Positions 1 through 13,266 of a DNA stretch of 64,000 nt are shown here, in pieces. The stretch spans positions 372,001 to 436,000 of the forward strand of contig MCFH01000017.1 of assembly GCA_002104945.1 (NCBI GenBank), in the 5' to 3' direction. The position numbers were made by a program, and so were the translations under genes. Source of the DNA: Piromyces finnis finn. Lineage: Eukaryota; Fungi; Neocallimastigomycota. The notes beneath the pieces were generated by a model. That model was given only the letters and a program-made list of their open reading frames with translations. It made no database searches and was not told where the DNA came from. The stretch's first letter is position 1; each line of letters begins with the position of its first letter.

Positions 1-135
1 TATATTAATGATAATAATGCTAATAATAATGATGATGATAATGATGATGATTTATATATATAAAGATGTATATACATCATCATCTTATCATCACCAATAT
101 AATTTTATTATTATTATTTTTTAAATGTAACTTAC

Positions 136-1951
136 CCATCTTTACGACAATCCCATGTAAAAACATTTTCATTATTTGTAGTAACAAATATATCATTAGA
201 ATGAGGACTCCATACACCTGCCGTTAATTGTATTTTATCATTATATTGATTTGATGGAATTGTATATTGACGTATTGACTATTTTTTTTTATTTATTTAA
301 AACATATTTAAAATAGTAGAATATATAAGTATATATATATATATATATATATTTAGAGAGAGTATGTGTATAAGTAAAAAATAAGATATGGTTAAATCAT
401 ATAATTATTTCATTTTATGATTTTAATAATTTGAAATGATTGAAAATTATAATATATAGATAAAAAATATCAAATTTTTTTATTTATTTATCTGAGTGAG
501 CATACCTCTGATGTATTAGTTATATTATTAATATCCCATACACTTATGGTATTATCTTCTAGAGTTGCTAATTTTGTTGCTGATTCGGTTGGTTCACATA
601 TAATTCTTTTTATTTATTTGTTTATTATTATATATTGTAATATTTTTGTTTTTATACCATAAATTTTTAAATATGAAATTAGGATTTCATTTTTTTTTTT
701 AGTTTTTAATGAAAAATAAAAAAAAAAAAAGAAAGAAATTATTATTTATTAGGACAATACTGTTATTGAAAGTAAATAAATAAATATATATATATATTAA
801 AATACTTTTTACTTTTTTATTTTATAATTTGAATTAAAAGTAGCCATATTATCTAATTTATATTCTGTTACAGTATTTTCAGTAACATCTACTGTATTCA
901 TTTTCCATAAACTTGTTTCCATAGTTTGGGAATTGGGTATCTTATAAGCTGGTTTATTTTTATTTTTATTTTGTTATTGTTATTGTTGTATTTTTCATGT
1001 ATTTATTTTAAAATTTTTTTTATATTTAAACATTTTGGATTGGATTTTCAAATTTCGAATTTTGAAATTCAAATGAAATTTCATTTTTATGTATTCAATA
1101 ATTAAAAAAAAAAAAAATTTTATATTAGCATTGTTCCAATTTCATAATAAAAATTACATTTTATTCTTTTCTTTCTTTCTTTTTTTTTTTTTTTAATATT
1201 GTCTTTTTTATTATTATTAAATTATTATTTATTAAATTGTATTTATATATATATATTTTTTTTTGCTTATTTATTTTAATGTTCGTGTTAATTTTTGTTT
1301 AAATAAAAGTGTATTAATATATAAATAATATTTCATATTTTTTATTTTTCATTGATATAATAAATAGTTGAAATTACTTGTAAATATCATATCACTTAAA
1401 TAAGGATGAGCTGTTATTGACCATACTTCACCGGGGTGTTTAAATATTATACTGGAAATATCACATTCATCTTCGTTAAATTCTAGTAAATGAATCTTTT
1501 ATTCATTTTTGATATTATTGAAAATAATAGAAAATTTTTTATTTGTTTGTTTGAATTTTAAATAAATATATAAAAATTTAAATGTTAATTCTAGGTTCAA
1601 TTAATTGAAACTAAATATTTTTTTATTATTTATATATATATATATGTATTTTTATTTTGAAAAGTAAATATATTTATCAATAGTTTCATAATTGTAATTA
1701 CTTCATTATCATTTCTTGGATCCTGAGTACCTATTATAAAACGATTTTTTTCTTGTTCTGCTTCCTGTGATACCATACATCTTGTCTATAATATACATTG
1801 ACCCATTTATATAATTGTAAAGTTAATGAATTTGTTTACTTTTTTTTTAATATAAAAGTAATATTCTATTTAAAAAGAAATTAAAAAAAACTAGTGTTAT
1901 TGCTATTATTACTTTATGATTTATTCCATAAACACAAGACATTTCCTCCAT
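136..1951 (-). CDS. EIPR1: EARP/GARP-interacting WD40 protein (EIPR1/TSSC1-like); 3' part runs off the left edge
   Basis: Six GT-AG exons with consistent phase (1913-1951, 1702-1785, 1378-1495, 813-948, 506-605, 136-278). They read MEEMSCVYGINHKTRCMVSQEAEQEKNRFIIGTQ..NEIHLLEF..HPGEVWSI..LWKM..IICEP..ISVWD..GVWSPH..FTWDCR, matching remembered EIPR1 motifs (VIYG..RFLVGTQ..NQIHII..GEIW..WSPH..WDTR). Confidence 0.85.
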
Positions 1952-2004
1952 TTTCGTTTCGTTTCGTTTCGTTTTTCTTTCTTTTTATTAAATAGTTTAA
2001 AATT

Positions 2005-2039
<35 letters not shown>

Positions 2040-2218
2040 TTTTTTTTTTTAATTAATCATTAAATTAAATTAAATTTTTATTATTAATTAAACTTTTTTT
2101 TGTTTTTGTTTTGCTTGTCTTTTTAATAAATTCTTTAGGTATTGACATTGACATTGACATTTTATAGTATTACTTGTAGATTAAATAAAAGATATAATAA
2201 ATATATAATAAAATACAC

Positions 2219-2358
2219 ACCTAACACCTACACAACTACACATACACATACACCTAACAACTACACCTAACAGCTATATCTACACCTACACCTAACACCT
2301 ACACCTAACAACTATATCTACAACTACACATACACATACACCTAACAACTACACATAC
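2219..2358. repeat. Degenerate ACACCT/ACAACT simple-repeat tract
   Basis: Reiterated cacctaaca/caactacacata units visible directly. Confidence 0.7.
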
Positions 2359-4573
2359 TTTTTTAAATGTGTTCAATATTTAAAGAATTATTAATAAAAA
2401 CACATATGTATTTAGAATTTGATTTATATAGTAATGAAGAAATAGAAAAACTTTCCATTCTAATTTCAAAAAAGTATGAATTAACTGATAATTAACATTT
2501 ATTTATTATATATTAAATAGATAAATATATTTTATATATATATATATAATTTCTTTTTTAAAAATATTGGTAAGATCGATCATTGTTCTTTCTCTTTTTC
2601 TATTTATCTTAGCCTTAAAGAAAAATAAAATGGAAAAAAAAAAATGAAATTATGTTTATGAATGAATATAAAATTATTGTTCATTCATTCATTTAATCTT
2701 TTCCATTTTATGATTATATTCATTTGCATTTGAATATTATAGATCTTATCTTTGAATTAATAAAAAGTTTTTTCTAATCTATAATCAATTAATTTATGAA
2801 AATTAAAACTTTTTCTAAATAAAAATAAACTTGTTTTTGATGAATTTTAATAATACATTTCAGTATAACAAAAAATGTCAAAGTTTTTTTTAACTTTGAG
2901 AAACTTTAAAAATAATTTTTTGTGTAACATTATGGTGATAACAAAAATAGTTTAAAAAAAAAAAAAAAACCAAAGTTTTCTTACTTTTTCTTTTTTTAAA
3001 GTAATATAAAAAAAAAGAAAGATTAATTATATATGAGGGTCTATGCATGTTTTTTTAATAGAATTTAATTCATCCTACATTGGAAAAATGTAAGAAAATA
3101 AAAAAAAAAAAAGTTAAAAATTCCTATAAATAGATTTCTAATTTGAGTTTAACCAAAAAAAAAAAAAAAAAATCTATTTTAAAATAAAAAAGTTCTGATA
3201 TGTCTTTTTTTCCTTTTCCATTTTTTTTTTTTCTATAGAATTAGTTTTATGTTTAAATAAAAAGTTATATAAAAAATGAAATACTGAATGATAATTTACT
3301 TTTTTTTTTTTTGAATAATTAAATCAAATATATAAAGAGAATACAATTTTTTTTAAATATTAAAGAATAATCCTTTTTATTCATTTAATCTTAAACTTTG
3401 ATTATTATTTATTATATATACACATCAACGAAAAAGAAAGTTTTTTTTTTTTGTTGGTATTGTCTTTTTTTTTTTTAATAGAAAGGATAATTAAAAAACA
3501 ATATATATATATTTTAAATTGAATTATTATGATTTTACATATAAAGATTTTTAGTGCGTAGGTATTTGGGTGTCGTTTTATACAATACTTTATAAAATTA
3601 AGATTAAAATTAATAAAGTTTAATAAAAATACATTATTTTTATTTCAATCATTTTACGTAGACAGCTTAAGCAAAAGAAAAGAGTTAAAGTTCAATTTAT
3701 TTTTATTCATAAAATTAATAAACAATAAAATTTTAAATAATAATATTTTATCCTAAAACTTCAAAATGAAAATAATGCATCTATTAATGATTCTATCAAA
3801 ACCTTAAAAAAAAAAAAAAACATTACAGTTAAATGAAAAGTCTTTTTTTTTATTTATTGAACCAAGATTAATAAAAAGGATAATAAAAAAAATTAATAAA
3901 AAGAGTTTAATAATGATTATAGTATTAAATTATTAAAAATAAATCCTTGGTTATATTTTTAAATTACTATTTTTATCAAAAAAAAAACTTTACCTTTTAA
4001 TTAATAAAAAAAAAAAAAAAAAGATTTGAAATATACCTTTTTTTTATTTATTATATTTTTATTTTTATTTTTTATATAGAATTTAAATTATTTTTTTTTC
4101 TTTATTTATTATGAAAGAGTAGTAATTATTCTACTTTTTTTTATATATATATATGTTTAAAAAAAGGATTATTATCCAGTAACAACAATAATAAATAATT
4201 AAAAACATTTTATTCATAGTTTAAAAGTACATCATATCATCTATGCCTATTCATATACACGTTAAAATTCATAATAATTTAAGTAAAATAAAAATTGGAA
4301 AAAGAAAATAAAAGAATTGTGTTTTTTTTTTTATGGAATACAAGTAATTAATAATTTTTTTTTTTTTGGAGGATAACCCAATTTATAACTTTTATATAAC
4401 AAAATAATCTATTAACAAAAGTATTCAATTTATAAGAATTCAAATCATATTATTACTTCTTTACTTTTTTCCAAAAAAAAAAAAAAGTAAAATCAAAAAC
4501 CAAAAAAAAAAAGATATATATAATTAAAGAAAATAAAAAAAAAAATTAAAAATTTCAAAAGTAACACTCTCCA

Positions 4574-6541
4574 ATGAATAGTTATAATAACGATGTGGAA
4601 GGGAATGAAAGCTATACTACTGGATTCTCTTATGTAAAAGCATTTGAAAATGAATTAAAAAAATTATATTCAGCAAGTTTATCATTAAGATATAGTGGTA
4701 AATATAAATGAAAAAGAAATATTAAATAAGAAACAATTCATAAAAGAGCTATATATATATATATATAAAGAAAAGAAAAGCTCTATATATAGATATATAA
4801 TAATATCATTTTTATTTTTAATTATATAAATAATAATAATAAATCTAATAGCATGCGTAGAAATTGGAAACTTGGCCTTTTTAGGAGGAGAAATAATTGA
4901 AAATGTAATAATTTTTTTCAAAAAAAAAAAAAAAAAAGAGGAAAAACGAAATATTGTTAAACTTTTTTTTTTTTTTTTAATTATTATTAATTCTTCTTTT
5001 TTGGAGTATTATATATATATCTAATTTAATTTTTTTTATAATATTTTTATAAAATATTTATTATTTTTAAAAAATTTCAATTTAAATATCATAATGGATT
5101 TTCATTCATTTCATTCATTCATCATCATTATCATACCTTGATAAATTATACCAATATCATTTTGAAAATTTTCTTGATATTCATGAATAATGAATTATAA
5201 ATAATGATATGATTAGTATATTTTAAGAAATCGTCGTTTTCTTCAAGTATTGTTAAAAATTTCAACATCATTAGTAGAACCATCAGTATTAAGATTAGTA
5301 ATGTATCAACATTTAAAAAAAAAATTTTTTTTTTTTAAATAATAATAGATATATCATTGAATTTTTTATTGATATTATTATTGATTATCTTTAATTATAT
5401 GTATAAAATATAATAATTGTGGATTTTATTTTAAGATATTCTTTTATATGCATATCTTTCTAATTTTTTCTTCTTCTTCATATATATATTCGTATATACC
5501 TATTTAAATTATAATTTAATAGCAAGTACTACAAACTATATATATAATATGTAGGAGTAATCAACTATATAAAATATTAATAGAATATAAACTTTTTGAT
5601 AGTCTTTTGACACTTTTAAATGATAGAAATGAAGATATTGTAAATATCAAAAAAAAATTATAATAATATATATATTATATGAAAATTTTATTTAAAATAT
5701 TTAGTTAAAACTAACTTTTCTTTTTATAAATATTTTAATTTTTTATAATGAAATCATTTCCAATACTCTCAAAATATATTTATAATATTTTATCATTATT
5801 CACAATATAATTTATAAACCTTTTTTTATAATTTTTTATTAAAACATAAAAACATAAAAAAACTATTATTATCATAATAATAAAATGTCATTTTATGATG
5901 AATATCATTGCTTTTTTTTATTCTTCTTTTAAAAAACAACCCAAAACAAAATGAAATAAAAAAAAAAGAGAAAATGGTCTACACATCTCATGTTAAATAT
6001 TGTAGTAAGGAATTTTGAAAATTTCAAGGAAAACTTACAACTACCAGGTTTAGAAGTAATTTTAAAATTGAATTAAATATATCTTTATTTATATTTATAT
6101 TATTATTATTATTATTATTATTTTCATTAATCCAATTAGAAAAAAAAATCTTAATCGTTCTTATTTATATATACATACACCTTTAATAATACAAAAATCA
6201 TCTCTGTACTATTTATTTATTATGTTTTTTATTTTTTTCATATAAAACAATAGACTCAAGTAAAAAAAATAGCAAAAGAAGATTGGTCAAACTGGATATA
6301 TAATGTAAAAAATAATAACATTATTTTTTTTAAAAAAGAAAATGAAAGGAATAATATATTAATGTTCATGCTTATATATATATATGTCATACATTTTTAT
6401 AATATATATCATTTTTATATTTGTAATACAATCTTCTTTTTTATAATATAATATGTTGATTATTATTAATTATATTTGGATCATTAGGATGCAGATGAAC
6501 TATTAATTCTAATTAAATTATTAGAAGAAAATAATATATAG
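4574..6541 (+). CDS. ARMH2: ARMH2-like armadillo-helical protein, 188 aa, 7 exons
   Basis: Exons 4574-4697, 4852-4904, 5217-5297, 5523-5639, 5969-6055, 6254-6304 and 6488-6541 are all GT-AG and splice in frame. Motifs EIGNLAFLGG, LQVLQTIYIIC, KWSTHLMLNIVVRN and IAKEDWSNWIYNDADEL resemble remembered human ARMH2 (KIGLLAFTGG, LLQSVACWC, FWTCYVLSVMTCNN, LAAENWSGWTENFAEVL). Confidence 0.7.
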
Positions 6542-6560
6542 GAGGAGGAAGAGGAAAAGA

Positions 6561-6600
<40 letters not shown>

Positions 6601-7786
6601 TATTTTATCTTGTTCGCCATTTCTTTTATAACAAAAAAAACATATCAAGTTATTATCATTAATCATTTAATATTCATTGGCATTAACAAATTTATAAAAG
6701 ACAATACAATTATTTTTTATATCTTTTTTTTTTTCTTCCTTGCCAAAAAGAAAGAAAAAAAAAAAAAGAAAGATATATTTTTGAACCTTTTGTCTTATCA
6801 TATAAAATATATATATATATATTTAATTTCTTTTCAATTATTCTATCAATTTTTCTTTTATGGTATAAATGATATCATTATATACATTATATTATTTTTT
6901 TTTCAATAATTATAAAATATAAAAAAATAACAATAACAAAAGAAAAACAAAACAAAACAATGACCTTAAAAAAAAAAGAACTATTTCTTTTATATTAACA
7001 ATTAAATTATTCACCCATTAATTCCATTTTCAAAAATTCAATAATTACAATTTGTATATCCTTTCAGTATTTTATCATTCAATCCATCAATAATAAATGA
7101 AAAAAAAAAAAAAAACCCAACATTCAATAAATTTTTTTTCTTTTCTTTAATATAAAAAAATCATATATAATATATAAAGAATATTATTAATAGTAATATA
7201 GAAATATAATAAGAATTATATGAATGAAAAAAAAAAAAGAAAACTAAACTAATCTTTAGAAAAATAACTGAATTATAAACTATTTGATATATATATATTT
7301 TTTTTTAAAAAAAAAAAAGGAAAAGAAAAGATAATAATAGTTATTATTTTTTATAAAAAAATTCAATATGAAAAAAAGGTTTTTTATTTTATATATATAT
7401 ATATATTTGATAGAACTTTACTATCCTTTTAATTATAATAAAAAGAATATTATTAAACATAAATATTTTTGTAACAATAAAATAAAAGTGCTTGTGTGTA
7501 ATGAAGGAATTAATTCATTCTAATTCTAATTTTTCATATATATATAGAAAAATTATATTAATCTCATTATTTTAAACTTAATAATAAAAGTTTAAAAAGT
7601 AATGATGGTAAATAACCAATTTAGATTATTATTATTGAATCTATTAACTTTTCATAACACAATAATTAAAAGAAAAATACATTTTTTTTATTTTTATTTT
7701 AATTTTTTTCTTATTTATATTATTATACAGTTGATATTTTTAATTTCAAGTGATTTTTTCACTTTTAAAAAACTTTTAAATTATAA

Positions 7787-7818
<32 letters not shown>

Positions 7819-7838
7819 TTGTTACTTTTTCTATTTTT

Positions 7839-9356
<1,518 letters not shown>

Positions 9357-10602
9357 GTTTATCTTTTAATAATAATAATAATAATAATATATGTGTGTGT
9401 ATGTATGTATGTGTATGTGTGTGTGTATGTATTATTGTTATTATTATAGTTGGATGTATGAATGTGTTTATAATATTTTTTTTTTGAAATTTCATTTTCA
9501 TGTTAATGTTTTTTTAAAAAAAAAGAAATGGTTTAGATATTTATATTTTAAAATAGTTTATTTGTTTGTTTTCCAAATAGTATATAAAGTTTTCAAGTTT
9601 AATAAATACATTGACAGTTGTTATTTAATCAATTTTTTTTTTTGTATTTAGTAGGATATAAGCAACCATAAAAATTTGTTTTAAGCAATTAAAAATATAT
9701 AAAAATTAATAATTATATAAAATTGTTAATTATAAAATAATAAATAAATATTAAAATATTATAATAATAATAATTCAAAAGCTTCTTTCTTTCTTTTTCA
9801 ATTTTACTTTTTTTTTTTTTTTTTTTTTCCCTTTTTGGTTTTTACTAATAATAATAAAAAAAGGTTCAATTTCTTTTTTTTTTTTTTTGGCACTTTTTCT
9901 CTTCTTTTTTTTGAATTTTTCTTTAATAAAAATTCACATTTTAACCAATCACATTCAAGTGTTTTTCTTTAATTTCGACTTGCAAAAAAGTTTTTAAAAC
10001 TTTTAGGAAATATAAAAATTTTTTTATTTTTACTTTTAACACTTTGAAAATTGAACAATTTTAAAAAAAAAAAAAGGTAAAAAAGAAAGGGAACATTTTA
10101 TACAAAATCCGTTTATTATTATTATTATTATTTACCAAAGTGAAAGAAAAAGAAAAAAATTTAATAATCAAAAAAAAAAATCACAATTTTAAGATGTTTT
10201 CATTTATATAACAATTGGATTAAAATGAAATAAAATGAAACCATTTTAAATACAAAAATTAATTGATGGATAAATAACAAAAAAAAAAAAAAAAAAAGTT
10301 TAAAAGAAGTAGATGGAAATATTTACAATAAAGTATCTATATATTCAATTGTTAGAAATGTTTTAAAAATTTAAAGAAATTTTAACAATTGATATATACA
10401 ATTCATCGGTATACATCGATATAACCTATGTATTATGCACTTTGAAAATTTAATAAATGGTTTTTTTTTTTTTTTTTTTTTTGAAAATTTATTTTAATTA
10501 CCCTTTATTTTTCAACCATATTAAAAAAAGACACATTAAAATTAATTTTCTTTTTATTTATGTGAATATATAAAATTTCATAAAAAACCCCCTTAGATAA
10601 AA

Positions 10603-10779
10603 ATGTTTGGACCACAATACTCTGCTGCTCAACGTAGATACATTCCAGAACCAGATCCATCTTTCTCTGAAAAAATAAAGAATCAAATTGCTGATCCAGA
10701 AACTAGAAAATTATTATTCAATGTTGCTTTCTTTGTTGGTGCCATTGCCGTTATTAACAATGTTCACAAATACTTATAA
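10603..10779 (+). CDS. TOM6: 58-aa tail-anchored protein, probable TOM complex subunit Tom6
   Basis: MFGPQYSAAQRRYIPEPDPSFSEKIKNQIADPETRKLLFNVAFFVGAIAVINNVHKYL. High-expression codon usage like ARG1, and a single C-terminal TM segment like remembered yeast Tom6 (IALNGAFFVAGVAFI). Below the ORF-track length cutoff. Confidence 0.6.
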   Translation: MFGPQYSAAQRRYIPEPDPSFSEKIKNQIADPETRKLLFNVAFFVGAIAVINNVHKYL

Positions 10780-11984
10780 ATTAACATGATATTTTCACGC
10801 ACCGATTAATAAAAACAAATTAAAAAAAATAGTTTTTATTAAAATTTAAAAGAAATATATACAAAATCTTTTTTTTTTTTTCTAAAACTTGATAATAAAA
10901 AAAAAGAAATAGTCAAGAAAATGATATATCCCAGTACAATAGAATGAAAATAAAGGAAAAAAAAATAGTATTCCAATAATAAATAAAATTAAAAAAAAAA
11001 TGCCTATCTAATATTTTATTAAATGTTTAGAAAAAAAAATAAAAAATATATCCATATATATACATATCAAACATTATTCTCAAATAAAAAAAAATAATAA
11101 TAATAATAATAATAACAAAACTTTTTTTTTTTTAGTAATAATACCTATAAAATAAAAATTCATTTGTTCACACACTTTTATAGATGTATAAATTCAATTT
11201 ATAATATTTAATATTTTTTTTTATCTAAAAGAAATACAATATAAATACAAAATAAAACAATAATAAATAATTAAAAATCTATAATGAATTCGAGTATTAA
11301 TAGATCCTATATAAAAAAAAAAGAATAGTCAATATACAAATTTCTTTTTTATATATATAGTTGAATGGTGAACACGAATATCTCGAATATTTATTCTAAA
11401 TAGTCCACTAAAATGATCTCTTTTTTTTTTTTTTAAAAAAAAAAAAAAATAGTATTTCACTTTTTCTTTTTTATTTTTTTGTTTTTTCTTTTTATTTTTA
11501 AATATATTAAAGAGATTAATGGTTGTTTTTTTTTTAACAGAAGATAAAATTAAATATATATATTTATAAAATGTTTGTATAGCGAATGCTCTATATCATC
11601 TATATATTTTATACGTTTTATATGATATTTTATATTCATCTATTATTATTTATTATTTTTATTATGATAAATATTAATTCATTCTTCTCACACATGTGCG
11701 CTCTCTCTCTTTCTATAATAAAAAAAATAGTTAATAATTATGATAAATAATATATATATATATATAAAGAGTAGAAAGAAGTAGAGAGGAATATTTAATA
11801 TTTACAATATCATTTCATTAGGAATAATATAACATTTTAACATATAAATAAAATTATAATGTATAATAATAATAATAAAAAAAGTTTATAAAAATTTTAT
11901 ATTAGTAATAATTGAACCAAAAATTAAAAAAAAAAAAAAGTTGCTTTTTTTTTTTTTTTTTTTTTTTTAATTCGTATGAACTCT

Positions 11985-12020
<36 letters not shown>

Positions 12021-12055
12021 TTATGTCTTTACACGGTTAAAATATTGAAATTCAT

Positions 12056-13121
12056 CTATGGGAATAAAAAGAAAATTAAAAGATGAGTGATAATAAAGAT
12101 ATAAGAAATAACGTTTGACATAGTAAAACCAGCATCTGTTTCATACATATCATTTAACATGTTGGCCTAAATTTATAATATTAGAATAATAATTATTAGT
12201 TAATTAACAAATAAAAAAAAATAAATATTAATATTCAAAAAGTATTAATTTATATTTGGAAAAAAAAGTTTAATCTTTATTTTTTTTTTTTTTTTTGACA
12301 ACAGCAACAATAAAACTTACCTTACGATTAGAATTTGCAGACTTTTTTCTAATTAATTCTTCATGATTTTTTATTAATTCACTTGTATCTATACTATATT
12401 TTTCATAAAATTTTTCAGCATCAGCATCTCCTTGAGCTTGTTTTGCTGAAATGATCATACTATAACCGGTGGTAACATAATTGATACATTGAGAAAGATT
12501 AATTCTGGAATAATCTTCAAAATCAACTTTATTAGCAGGGTCATTATTTTCATATTGAAAAGATAAAAGTTGAAGTTCACTTTCTAACCAATTCATACAA
12601 TCGCGACTTGAAAGAGCTGAAAGACGAACAGGTAAGGCTTCTTCTGGAAGAACAGTTTGACCAAGTATATATTTTACAACAGTCATGGATTGTTCCTTTT
12701 TATCTTCAGGTGTCATGTATTGATAACGTTCTAAAATATCATTTAAATATTTAAGAGCAGCTTCAATAGCATCAATTTGATTGATAATAATATTTCTATT
12801 TTCATTAGCTTTTCTTTCTAATGTTTTATATTCGGTTTGGTCTACTTCCCCAGTTGGATGGTATGGGAAATCACCAAAGTTTTGAATATTTTTTCTATTT
12901 TTTGCTAAATCGTCAAAAAACTGTTTACGACTTTCTACTCCTGTGCCATTATCATTTAAATAAACAGAAAAAATAGTTGCTGGGTCAGAAGTTAAAGAAT
13001 CAAATTTACTTATAATATTTTTAATTTCACTGTAAGCTTCCAACTCTTTTACAGCTCTTATTGTTGTTATCCATAATAATACATTAAATAAATAGAACAA
13101 ACGACGACTTATTTTTATCAT
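12056..13121 (-). CDS. Secreted, probably GPI-anchored protein of unknown function, 303 aa, 2 exons
   Basis: N-terminal signal peptide. Donor AAG|GTAAGT ends exon 1 (12321-13121); exon 2 (12056-12166) adds ANMLNDMYETDAGFTMSNVISYIFIITHLLIFFLFP*, i.e. small residues followed by a hydrophobic tail. Confidence 0.75.
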
Positions 13122-13151
13122 TTTTGTAAAGAGTTATTGAAACGTTGTAAA

Positions 13152-13266
13152 AATAAAAGTAATTGAAACGTTTGACGATTAATTAATTTCAATAAAAGTA
13201 ATTGAAACGTTTGACGATTAATAAATTTCAATAAAAGTAATTGAAATGTTTAACGATTAATAAAAG
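13152..13266. repeat. 39-bp tandem repeat, about 3 copies, just upstream of the secreted-protein start codon
   Basis: Unit aataaaagtaattgaaacgtttgacgattaat(t/a)aatttc starts at 13152, 13191 and 13230. Confidence 0.9.

Noticed and set aside
12270-12320. ORF-track C-terminus VSFIVAVVKKKKKNKD
   Set aside because: Intron read-through after a perfect GTAAGT donor.
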